DNA from: Squalus acanthias
Lineage: Eukaryota
Length of the DNA: 64,000 nucleotides
Assembly: GCA_030390025.1 (NCBI GenBank)
Contig: CM059427.1
Location: 186,806,001 to 186,870,000 of the forward strand
Direction: 5' to 3'
This document shows, one piece after another, positions 1 through 11,900 of this stretch. A model generated the notes under the pieces. The model had not been told where the DNA came from. It saw only the letters and a program-made list of their open reading frames with translations, and ran no database searches. A program made the translations under genes and the position numbers. Numbering within the stretch: position 1 is the stretch's first letter; every line of letters begins with the position of its first letter.

Positions 1-490
1 AAAAGGGGCGAGGTGGGGTTGGTGTAGTCCTGATAATAAAGGATGGGGCAAAGACAGTAGAGAGAAAGGATCTTAGCTCAGAAAATCAAGATGTAGAATC
101 ACTTTGGGTAGAAACAACAAGGGGCAGAAAACACTGGTGGGAGTAGTTTATAGGCCTCCTAACAGTAATTGTCGTGTTGGGCAGAGTATAAGTCAGGAAA
201 TTAGAGTTGCATATAACAAGGATAATACAGTAATCGTGGGGAACTTTAATCTTCATATCGACAGGACGAAGCAAATTTGTGGTAATAGTGTGGAGGATGA
301 GTTTGTGGAATGTATTCAAGATAGTTTTCTAGATCAGTATGTCGAGGAACTAGATCTAGTATTGTGCTATGAGGAAGGATTAATTAATAACCTTGTAGCA
401 AAGATGTCTCTGGGGAAGAGCGAACATAATGTAATTTTATATTGGGTTTTAGAGTGATTAAGTTAAGTCCGAAACTCGGTTCTTAAATCA
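1..490 (+). mobile_element. CR1 LINE fragment (APE endonuclease)
   Basis: [11 protein letters not shown]...VIVGNFN...LDLVL...SEHN. Confidence 0.85.
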
Positions 491-1780
491 AGTGTGATTG
501 GTCCTTTATTATCTTTTATCTCGATCCACATGGATTATATTTCTATCTTACTGATGGCTGCATCACTTTTTTCTATTGCCGCTAAGTTATCTCTGATAAG
601 TACAGTTATTCCACCTCCCCTTTTTCCCTCGCTATATTTTCTAAATATGTTATACCCTACAATGTTTAATTCTTAGTCCTGATTTTTCTGTAGCCATTTC
701 TTAAAATTCCTACTATATCAGGTTTCTCGCAACATATTGGCTCAGATTTTGCGTTGAGTATGACAGCGTACTCTGAGATTATGCCATCATACCGTCTTTG
801 AAATATGCAGGAAGTTTGGGATTTCCGCATTGCAGTAAATCCCGAACTTGCGATCTGTCAAGATACGCCTAGACAGATGATCCACACCGCCTTTGAAATC
901 CCAATTGCTGGCACAGAGTTAGGCTATTTGCCCACCAACTGCCCAGCAATTACAGACCTTTTTCTTACAGGTTACTGAAAGCAAGCGCAGGAGCCTGTTT
1001 CACATCTTGAAAGAAGATCTATGTCTGTCTATTGTGTACGTTTTGGTGGAGGTAACTTTTTTTGTTGGTCGAGTTTCATTTTAATTACTTGTGAAGTTGA
1101 ATAAGAAAGTTAAATAAAGTGAACATCTATCAAATTTAGTGACCAATTCTGTCCTTTCAACTCAAAAATGAACAACGTAACAAACAATATGCATCTATAA
1201 CAAGGAAAATAGATTTATCTATTACCAGTCTAAATGAGATCTGAATAATATATTTTAATCCTGAAAATTAAGATTGAATATATGGCTGGGAATCTCTTTC
1301 TGAAGTTCAACAACGTTACCTTTCGGAGTGTTAGACCTTTATTGAGTACCAAAACAGAAAGTTGTAAACATCGGGACTAATAAATTGTGAGTTTGGATGA
1401 AAAAATTAAAGCAAAATTATGTATGCTGGTTATTTCCAAAATCTAATAGAAGTTGTACAGTGAGGATGATTGTGAAAATGACCTGCTGACAAATCACTGC
1501 ACTTTTGATGTAACCACAAGCTTTAATTCATATTGAACTTTGGTGTGACACGTAAACCTCTTTAAGATCATTCAGTGTCCTCTTAAAACCTACTCATTAA
1601 ATGGTCGTATGTGTTAGTCGCCCTTTCAGGAAAACATTGAAACACATTTGAGTGCGTCTGAAAGAATTGTTAACCATTCTGGTATCACTTTACAATAAAG
1701 TTCATGTTTTTGAAGTTTTTAGAAGTTTTTAAAACTTTTTGAAATGTAATTTCAATGGAAGAGACTGAAAAAGTTTCTGT

Positions 1781-1931
1781 GGGCGTGGCTTAGTTTTGAC
1801 AGAGTTTGTGAGCGTGTCTTCTCTTACGCATAGGCTGTACGCTGCGCGCCGCCTCCCTGATGTCATACGCTGCGCAGAGCTCTGCAGCGGTGAACAGCAA
1901 GTCTCCGTTCTGGGCCTCGCACGAGGTAAGT
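1781..1931 (+). promoter_or_regulatory. Candidate CpG-rich promoter and non-coding first exon
   Basis: GC box gggcgtggct at 1781-1790, tgcgc motifs, local CpG enrichment, consensus donor GAG|gtaagt at 1926. Confidence 0.4.
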
Positions 1932-1974
1932 TTGTATTCTTTTCGTAGGTTGGCGGCGTACTCCGTAGAGACTG

Positions 1975-2286
1975 GAGGGTCAGTGGTGTTCCCCAGGGGT
2001 CAGTGTTGGGACCACTGCTCTTTTTGATTTATATTAATGACCTGGACTTGGGTATACTGGGCATAATTTCAAAGTTTGCAGATGACACTAAACTCAGAAC
2101 TGTAGTGAACAATGAGGAAGACAGTAACAGACTTCAGGATGGCATAGACAGACTGTTGAAATGGGCAGACGCATGGCAGATGAAATTTAATGCAGAGAAC
2201 TGTGAAGTGATACATTTTGGTAGGAGGAATGAGGAGAGGCAATATAAACAAAATGATACAATTTTAAAAGGGGGTGCAGGAACAGC
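1975..2286 (+). mobile_element. CR1 LINE RT fragment
   Basis: [20 protein letters not shown]...KFADDTKL. Confidence 0.85.
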
Positions 2287-2548
2287 GAAACAGAGATTTC
2301 CACGATGTGAAAAAGTGCTCGATTGCAGTAAAATATGTTTTGCAAATGACGCTTTTTCAGTAGAGGAATTGCTCCATACAGATTTCAGAGAAAAGCCGGG
2401 AGATATGTGGTCGAGAACTCAGCATTGCCATAAATAGAAGACCACATTAGTTCTTTTCAAAGATTGTGAAAGTCTTGGTGCGTTCTGTAACATCAGGATT
2501 GAAGTACAATGGGAATGCAAGAGAAAAGTGGATCTTTTTAAACCTGGT

Positions 2549-3155
2549 GGCCTGGAGTTTCTGCTTCGGGTGCAATCGGCGATCCCAGCGCAAATTGGGC
2601 CCAAAATTGTGCTCGTTTTCAGAAGAGCTTTTTTTCCCCTCAAACTCATTTGCATATCGCCAAATTTAAAATCTGCCATGAACCAGTATTTTAGAACGTA
2701 ACTTTTAAAAAGAAAATTTTTGCTTTCAAAAATATTCCCTGATATAATGAAGAGTGGTAATTGGTGCAGTTTTATTAACACAGATCACAATGGGTTTCTC
2801 ACAAAGAATAAACATTTTTAATCAGTGTTTATCCACCACCAGTGAGTGACCCGATTTTAAAAAGCTGAAAATGACTTTAAAAATCTGTACAGAACCATTT
2901 ACTAGTTACATTGGTGTACAGCAGTCACTTCCATAGTAAATTAAAAAAAACTTACATTCAAAAACTTTTAAAACATGCCTATTAGTGTCCCTGCGCCTAA
3001 AAATCTAGCTTAATAAGAGGCTCCTCGAAGGCCCACAAACAGGCCCAATTACGGAAACTCCCCACGGTGATTAATTCGATCTGGGGGTTTGGCCAAGCTT
3101 CTAGCGCGATTTTTTTTAAACTGTAGTGGAGCTGAGAGCAGAGAATTCTGACCCC
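2549..3155. mobile_element. MITE-like non-autonomous DNA element (related to 9067-9718)
   Basis: Imperfect terminal inverted repeats ggcctggagtttctgct / agcagagaattctgacccc; internal sequence collinear with 9067-9718. Confidence 0.55.
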
Positions 3156-3383
3156 GGCACTTCATGGTATAACACTCCTTTCATTATAAAACAGCAGATT
3201 CTCTGATTTACCATGAGCTCTGCCATTTGAGATCCTCCAGTAACATTTATAATAACAGATCACAAGACTGACCCCTTTGCTACCCATCCCGAAATTATTT
3301 TGAACATGATAGTATCCATTTTGAGCTACCCTGTGTTTCATATTTTGAGCCAATTTTCGATCTCAGCTCAAATGTGCACAACA

Positions 3384-3573
3384 CCAATGACGTCTGAACC
3401 CTGAGCTGAAAGGGAAGAGGAAGCTCGCCTGCCCTGTGGTTTCACAAGAGACAACGTCAATTACTTTGTGCAGAGCAACGACTGAGAACCTCAGTGTGTT
3501 GTGTGTCGCTGTGCTGGGAGCTTTGCTGCTCAGTCTCTGGACTTCTTCACTAGTCTCTTCCCACAAGGTAGGC
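3384..3573 (+). promoter_or_regulatory. Candidate lymphoid-type promoter and non-coding exon
   Basis: CCAAT 3384, TGACGTC 3388, ETS/PU.1-like GAGGAAG 3417, RUNX TGTGGTT 3435, donor AAG|gtaggc at 3568. Confidence 0.4.
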
Positions 3574-4484
3574 AATCTTACTGCAATCATTCTTTTTAAA
3601 GGATTGATTTAAATGTGGTTTGAATAACTGATCACATTTCTCAAAGATGTTGCACCCTTTAGACTAAACAAGGGCATCAAGTGCTTATTTATATGGTTTG
3701 ATCTCCTTTTTCATAAAACTCCAATAAGGAGGTTTCTTACAAATTAATGACTGCCGTCTGCTATTTTACACATTTTAAGCTTTCCTGCTTGTTGCCTGGT
3801 CGATATAAAATTTTGTCTTTAACTGGATTTGTTTTTTTTGGTTTCCCAAGTGATGCTCTGGTTCTGTTTGAGGTTTTCATTGTCCTTCAAAGTTCTGCTG
3901 GCGATTCAGTTCTTTGACTAATCAGTGATGCCCAATTTAGTTGAAAACATCTCACAGAGAAATAGGAAGTAAAAGAGTGAAAAACTAAAATGTGAGAGAA
4001 GAGATGAACCATTACGGGCAAACTTGATTGGCAGCCCTTAGTGTGGGCTTGACGACTGCCCCTACTTTTAGTTCAGCTCCTCCAGTGAATATGATACAGG
4101 GAAAAGCAGAAGCTCTAATTGATCTAAGGATCTGCCTGAAACCCGTTACCTTCTAATTGAGCTCGGAAAGCACAGCAATTACACCTTGCAGTCTGAAATC
4201 GTCACATTGAGTTATCATAGTTTCCCTTTATCGGCACAGTAATACAGTGTGTGTGAGATGTACAATGCTCCTGCCCTTATAAACCAGCCTCTGACCTACT
4301 GTGAGCAGCACCATAGCAGATACACTACCTTTAAAGAATCCTGTTTGGAAATCTATAAACAGAAGGATCATTGTCTATTTACGGTCATTTGGGTCTTTAA
4401 AATGTCTGACCATAATGAAATTGTCATGAGCTTGTGCAACTGGTCCTGACTCAGGTCATGTGAGTAACTCAAAGCAGTAGATGG

Positions 4485-4665
4485 TTCTCTTAGTGTCAAC
4501 ATTTGTTTCTTACCCAAAATCTAAAACAGATGTTCTGGTCATAAATTTCATTACTATTTGTGAAACTTGCTGTGCGCAATTTGACTGCCGCGTTTACTAC
4601 ATTAAAAATGTACTTTATTGATTGTAAAGAGTTTTGGGATGTCCTGAGGTTGTGAAAGGCACTAT
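4485..4665 (+). mobile_element. DeuSINE-like (SacSINE1/AmnSINE1-type) fragment
   Basis: ttgctgtgcgcaatttgactgccgcgttt..ctacatt resembles the Deu core; followed by an L2-type tail ttgggatgtcctgaggttgtgaaaggcactata. Confidence 0.6.
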
Positions 4666-4918
4666 AACTACATGCTACAGGTATCGTTGAGGCAGAGACA
4701 ATTGCATCTTTAAGGGAAAATTGGATAAATATTTAAGGCAGGGTAAGATTTAGGGCTATGAGAGAGAGTGGGGCAGTGGATTAGTTTTGGATTGTTCTAG
4801 CAAAGTGCTGGCACAGACACAACGGGACAAATTCTTCTGTGACGTAATCTTCAATGTCTCTATAGAAAGGAGGGATGGCATTGAAGATTATATTGAGCAA
4901 TTATCTTTGTATCCATCA

Positions 4919-5730
4919 GAATGTGAGGTTATCCACTTTGGTGGTAAAAATAGGGAGGCAGACTATTACCTGAATGGTGGCAGATTAGGGAAAGGGGAGG
5001 TGCAACGAGACCTGGGCGTCATGGTACATCAGTCACTGAAGGTGGGAAGGCAAGTGCAGCAGGCAGTCAAGAAAGCAAATGGCATGATGGCCTTCATAGT
5101 AAGGGGATTTGAGTACAGGAGTAGGGAGGTGATGCTACAGTTGTACAGGGCCTTGGTGAGGCCACACCTGGAGTATTGTGTGCAGTTTTGGTCTCCTAAC
5201 TTGAGGAAGGACATTCTTGCTATTGAGGGAGTGCAACGAAGGTTCACTAGATTGATTCCTGGGATGGCCAGACTGACATATCAAGAAAGACTGGATCAAC
5301 TGAACTTGTATCCTCTGGAGTTCAGAAGAATGAGGGGGGATCTTATAGAGACGTTTAAAATCCTGACTGGTTTAGACAAATTAGATGCGGGCAGAATGTT
5401 TCCAATGTTAGGGAAAACTAAAACAGGGGTCACAGTCTAAGGATAAAGGGGAAGCCATTTAAGACTGAGATGAGGAGGAACTTCTTCACCCAGAGAGTGG
5501 TGAATCTGTGGAATTCTCTACCACAGAAGGTTGTTGAGGCCAGTTCGCTAAATATATTCAAAAGGGAGTTAGATATAATACTCACAACTAGGGGGATCAA
5601 GGGGTATGGCGAGAAAGCAGGAATGTGGTACTGAGGTAGCATGTTCAGCCATGAACGCATTGAATGGCGGTGCAGGCTCAAAGGACCGAATGGTCTATTC
5701 CTGCACCTATTTTCTATGTTTCTATGTTTC
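4919..5730 (+). mobile_element. CR1 LINE 3' fragment
   Basis: [19 protein letters not shown]...RRMRGDLIE; (ttctatgt)n tail. Confidence 0.9.
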
Positions 5731-6212
5731 TAAAGCACCTAATTCTGGAGGTAGTCATTTACTTGTTAAGGTTCTGCCTGAGAATGTACACATGTATGTG
5801 TGTGCACATAGAGAGAAAAAACATGTATTTATAGACTGCGCTTGACATCGAGGCAGCATTTAACCATGTGTGGCACCAAGGAGCCCCAGTAAAACTGAAG
5901 TCAATGGGGATCAGGGGGAAGACTCTCCAGTGTTGGAGTCAAACCTGGCACAAAGGAAGATGGTTGTGGTCGTTGGAGGCCAATCATCCCAAGATGAGGC
6001 CATCACTGCCCATATTTTGGTAGCTCAGGATGGTATTTTGTGCCCTTAAAATGGGGGCTGCGCGTTGGAATTTTTTGGTCTTTCGGTCCCAGCCTCAAGA
6101 TTGACTGCTGCCACCTCTAGGCTGCTGATTTGAATCATATGCAATCTCAATACAAGGAATTTCTTGGCTTAATACAGAGTGCACCAACCTGAGGGAAGAT
6201 TATCAAACAGCT

Positions 6213-6612
6213 CACAACAACAACAACAACAACTTGTATTTATATAGCGCCTTTAACGTAGTAAAATGTCCCAAGGCGCTGCACAGGAGTATTTTAAGAC
6301 CAAAAATTTGACACCGAGCCACATAAGGATAAATTAAGGCAGGTGACCAAAAGCTTGGTCAAAGAGGTAGGTTTTAAGGAGTGTCTTAAAGGAGGAAAGA
6401 GAGGTAGTGAGGTGGCGAGGTTTAGGCAGGGAATTCCAGAGCTTAGGGCCTGGGCAACAGAAGGCACGGCCACCAAAGTTTGAGCGATTATAATCAGGGA
6501 TGCTCAAGAGGGCAGAATTAGAGGAGCGCAGATATCTCGGGGGGTTGTGGGGCTGAAGGAGGTTACAGAGATAGGGAGGGGTGAGGCCATGGAGGGATTT
6601 GAAAACAAGGAT
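6213..6612 (-). mobile_element. L2-like LINE 3' fragment
   Basis: Reverse strand ends ...aaaggcgctatataaatacaagttg(ttg)n. Confidence 0.65.
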
Positions 6613-7109
6613 GAGTTGTCACACAACTGACAAGCAAAATATATTGGTGCACAGGTGTGATGGAACTAAGTTGACTCTGATTTGGCTCAGTGTTAGTGAT
6701 GAACAAACCAAGACTTTCCTTTTGGTAACTATTTCTTTTAACCCTAATCTTGTAATCTTGACCAGTCATTTATATTATTTTATATCAGGTTTTCAATTTT
6801 TTTTAAATTTATTCATTTACAGGATGTGGGCATCGCTGGCAAGGCCAGCATTTAGTGCCCATCCCTAAATGCCCTTGTGAAGGTGGTGTCCTGTAATATC
6901 CTTTCACTGAGATGCAAAACAGCCTTTTAAAGGTTTTTTAAAAATGCACGACAAAGATTTTTTTAAATAAATTATTCTCAAGATATTGGCATCGCTGGTA
7001 ATGCTGGCATTTTTTGCCCATCATCAATTGCCTTTAGAAGGTGTTGGTGGGCCTTATTCTTGAACCTCTGCAGGCCATGTGGTGAAGGCACTCCCACAAT
7101 TCTTTTAGG

Positions 7110-7752
7110 TTGCATGTTGGCCGTTATTGCAAGGAGGTTGGAGTACAAGAGTAAGGAAGTCTTGCTACAATTGTACAGGGCTTTGGTGAGACCACACCTG
7201 GAGTACTGTGCACAGTTTTGTCTCCTTATCTAAGGAAGGATGTACTTGTCTTAGAGGCAGTGCAACAAAGGTTCACTGGATTGATTCCTGGGATGAGAGG
7301 GTTGTCCTATGAGGAGAGATTGAGTAGATTGGTCCTATACACTTTGGAGTTCAGAAGAATGAGAGGTGATCTCATTGAAACATATAAGATTCTGAGTCGG
7401 TTTGACAGGGTAGATGCTGAGAGGTTGTTTCCCCTGGCTGGAGAGTCTAGAACTAGGGGGCATAGTCTCAGGATAAGGGGTCGGCTTTATAAGACAGATG
7501 AGGAGCAATTTCTTCACTCAGAGTGTTGTGAATCTTTGGAATTCTCTACCCCAAAGGGCTGTGGATGCTCAGTTGTTGATTATATGCAAAGTTGAGATAG
7601 ATAGATTTTTGGACTCTAAGGGAATCAAGGGATATGGGGATTGGGCGTTAAAGTGCAGTTGAGGTCAAAGAACAGCCATGATCTTATTGAATGGTGGAAC
7701 AGACTCGAGTGGCCATATGGTCTATTCCTGCTACTAATTCTTAAGTTCTTAA
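7110..7752 (+). mobile_element. CR1 LINE 3' fragment
   Basis: [19 protein letters not shown]...[12 protein letters not shown]. Confidence 0.85.
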
Positions 7753-8230
7753 GTAGGTAGGGAGTTCCAGGATTTTGACGCAGCGACAATGAAGGAATGT
7801 CCAGTTAGGATGGTGTGTGACGTGGAGGGGAACTTGGAGGTGATGGTGTTCCCCTGCACCTTCTGCCCTTGTCCTTCTAGGTGGTGAAGGTCGCAGCTTT
7901 TGGAGTGCTGCCGAAAATGCCTGGCGAGTTGTGCAGAGCGTCCTGTAGAAAGGGCACACTGCAGCCACGGTGCGCAAGTGGTGGAAGGCGGGAATGTTTA
8001 TGGTAGTGGATATGTTGCCAATCAAGCGGACTGCTTGTTCTGAATAGTGTCGAGCTTCTTGCAAGTGGCCAGTATTCCATCACATTCCTGACTTGTGCCT
8101 TGTAGGTGGTGGAGAGGTTTTGGGGAGTCACTTGGTACAGCAAATCCAGCATCTGACCTGTGCTAGTAGCCACAGCATTTATATGGCTTGTACAGTTGAG
8201 TTTCTGTTCAATGGCGATCCCCTGAAAGTT
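7753..8230 (-). mobile_element. Non-LTR retrotransposon 3' fragment (family of 15397-15952)
   Basis: Reverse-strand TTYKAQVRNVMEY...PPRRTRA similarity. Confidence 0.7.
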
Positions 8231-8849
8231 TCTGGTGGAGGAGTTGCTGATAATAATGCCATTGAAAGCATGTTATTATACAGACATTATCAATAAATGG
8301 AGCAGCAGTGAATAAGAAAATGTTAATTGCTTTTAATTCATATCCTCAGTTACGTAAAATTCATAGGCTATCTGATCAGTTTTATTTAACTATGTTGAAG
8401 TGAAAATGATGTTGTAAAAATCTTTGCAAGTGTATTTTTTGTCCATTCTTCCTATAATAGGTAATTACATTTCTCTTTTTTATTTCTATTTCAATTACTT
8501 TATTGTCAGTTGGAAAGTCTATGTGGCTGGTGGATAAGAGGTGGATTTTGCATGGTCCATCGTTTATTAGGATGAGTAACTTTTATTAAACTTCTCACAG
8601 GAAGAGGTGGAGAAGAAGTTTATGAAGAAATTTACTGAAGACGTTTATTGTATATTTTACAGTTCCAAATTAGAATGGGGAAATAATTTGGAAAGCTGTT
8701 TTACTTCATTTCTTTTCTTCACAGTCTGAAGTGTTAAACATATTCAGGAAATGTGCCTCGGTTTTACTTCTGGTGGTTTTCTGGTGCTATATATATATTT
8801 CTATATCTATATGTATATTTCTTACAGGCAAAGAGACGGAATCTGTGAA

Positions 8850-8937
8850 ATGAGGCTACGATTTTTCTGCAACAAAATGCCAGCTGGTTTGATGTTCAGT
8901 TTCTTTGTGTTTCTACTTCCGTCTGTTTTCACACAAA
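8850..8937 (+). CDS. Signal peptide exon [29 protein letters not shown]
   Basis: Acceptor tttcttacag ends 8827; ATG at 8850; hydrophobic core; phase-1 donor gtaagt at 8938. Confidence 0.8.
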
Positions 8938-11900
8938 GTAAGTGCCTTATTTCCACCAATCACAGTCATATTGTTTTACTTTATCATAGTGTTTACTGAA
9001 TTCACCCAGCTAGTATTCAGCAAGCAAGGAAGGTCTTTATTTTCCTGTCCCTGCTCCTTTAAACATGGGGTAGAGTTTCTGCTTTGGGCAAAATCGGCGA
9101 TTCTGGCGCAATTTTTTTTTCTCGAGTTTCCGCTCAAACTCATTTGCATATCGGCAAAGCAAAATCTGCCCTGAAGCAGCGCAATTGGGCAAAGTTTTAA
9201 AACCTCATTTTTTTAAAGTTGCTTTAAAAAGTATTCCTTGATATATTTAAGAGAGGTAACTTGGTGCAGTTTGCTTAATACAGCTGGAAATGGGTTTATC
9301 AAAAAAATAAGCATTTTAAATCACAGTATCGAAGCCACCTGTGAGTAATCCGATTTTAAATTATTAAAATTTGGGGAACAGCAGTGAGTTCGTTATAAAA
9401 AATAATCATTCAAAATCATTCAAAAACATACCTATTAATGTCCTTACGCACAAAATGGAGCCTCCTCAAAGGCCTGCAAATGAGTGCAATTAGTGGAAAC
9501 TCCCAATGTTGATTAATTCATCCTGGGGGCGTGGCCAGTTTTGTGGGCGGGGCCAGCTTCCAGTGCGATGGTTTTAAAATAACGCAAAAGATCGCGGAAA
9601 CTCTAGATCTGTTGAACGCAATTTCCGCTTAAAATTCTGCGATCTTTTGCACCGTTTACGCTGATATTGGGGAAATCGTGCAGAAAAAAGCAGCGTAATC
9701 GAGCGGAAACACCAGGCCGCTGTGTAAGTTCACTTTTCAGAGTCCAACAGTGGAACAACTTAATAAAATGAAAAATGTTAGCAGATTTCTCATTGCTCTT
9801 CAATTCCTTTTCCCGATCTATCTATTAATCTCTCTATCTGTCGATACATCTACTCTTGCATGTAGCAAACGTCCATCAGAGCATTTTCTGTATTCTATGA
9901 TATGTTATATTTGATCATTCAACAGCTTAACAGATTGCATGTGGTATAGAAGTAATAACAATATTAAAATGTTAATAAATGTTAAAATTAGGAATTATTG
10001 AAAATCATTTTTTGTGTTCGAGGCTGTGCAACATATAAAAGTTACAGTTGGGTATAAAGCATCATTTGAAAAGGTTTGAAGGTTTGTCGCTGATCCTCAC
10101 TTCGGGTCACATCTTGGTTTAGTGTCCAAAGGTGTTTAAACATCACTGTGAATACAGTGTGCACAGAACCATTGTGGTTTTGGTAATTGTGATGTGAGCT
10201 GGTATTTAATCAAGACTTACAGACACATGGGATTTACTGCTTTAGATCACTTCCCTTATGACAATTTAGATAAAATAATGGTTACGATGAGGATTAGTTT
10301 ACTGTTACCCTTGAAATGAAGGAAGATAATGATTCAACGGTGGAAATGTAGTCCAGGGAATGATAACGATGAACTATTGACTGAATGATGTGACCACTTT
10401 CACCAGAGGCCACCTGAAAGTATCCAAATGCATGTAGGGAGTGGTGGTTTGTGTCAGCTTTACCTCTGACTTCTGAACGGTTCGAATTGCTCCCACACCC
10501 TTGGTTCTGGACCTTGGACTTATTTGGGGGTTGTGATACAAAGGTGCAGCAGACAACTGAGTTTGATGAAAGAACTTCAATCTTTATTAAAAGGTAAAAC
10601 ACAAATAATAACACTCTTAACACTCTAAAGGTGGGGAACACTTCGGTACAAGCGAGGGAAATGACAGTAGAACAATACTTCACCCCTCCCAACCCCACTT
10701 TACTAGCTAAGTTAGGTTTTGAAGGACCAGGGATAATGCTCACCAATCCTTTGACAGTTGGGCTAAATCGCGGTTTTGGGGTTCGCTGTTTATGGCGGTT
10801 AGTGTCTGCCGTACCCCGTACGCGGTAGAGGACTTCACCTGGGTCTCTGGTCAGTCTTTGCGAGTCTGCTGATGCGGTAGGATGTCGTTATGGATTTATC
10901 TGGTGAGTACCCAATTTCTTTGGTTTAGCAGTAGGGCTTAGAGTCTTTGGGGAAAATCTTACCCAGGGGTAAGTCAGGAGTAGTTTGTAGTGTGGAAACT
11001 TTGCGAATCTTCAGGTTTTCTTCCCTGGAGTTGGTCTTTGTTGGTCGCGATGGCCTGCTATTACCTGGTCAGTTGGGGGTAATGCGTGGTTGTTGGTTTC
11101 GTGAGGCCTTTGGTTTCCGCGATGGCTTTAGGCCTTGTTTAGTGTGTCGGTCGACCTCGTGGAGCCGTCGGTGACTTGTTGCTGCTTGTTGCTCCGGGTG
11201 ACTGTGTTGGGGCCGTTGTTGGAGGTCCGTTGAGGTGGTGTCTTCGCGAGCTGGACTCAGGTGTGTCTGAGTGGTGAGCGATGTCGACTCGCTTCCAGCT
11301 TGGGCCTTCTTCTTCTTGGTCTCTTCTCCTTCTGATGAATACTGGTTGCGACTGACTGCTCGACCCAACGACTTTCGAACTGTGTAACTGCTTGGTGGGC
11401 CTTCAATTATACAAAATTGAAGTGGCCTTATCTACCCGCCAAATCTACTCAGTTCATTGTCTGGTTTTTGGCGGGCTCGTAAATCGGTAATGACTTACTA
11501 GCACGTTAACTGGGTTTTTAACAGGCCTTCAATCTTACCCATTGAACATGGCCTTATCTACCCGCCAAATCTGCTCAGTTCATTGTCTGATTTTGGCGGG
11601 CCTGTTACCAGTAACTGCTCTGTAAGTGTCAAATGGGTTTTGGGATGGTTTGCGTCCTGTCGATCTCCTTGGCTGATCACTGGTGATTGGTTTCGTGTTT
11701 TGGGTTTCTAGGCTGGACTCAGTCTTTTCTATAGAATGGTCCTGAGTGATTTGTATTATGCATGTTTTCTGATGGGCCCTGTAATCGGTTTGATGGGACC
11801 TGTTGTTTTGGGTGGGACTGTTTTCTCCCAGGGTCTATTATCAAAATGTTAATGCTTGCTGGGGCTTGAGTGGGGTCATCCCGGTTCCCCAGACAATGCA

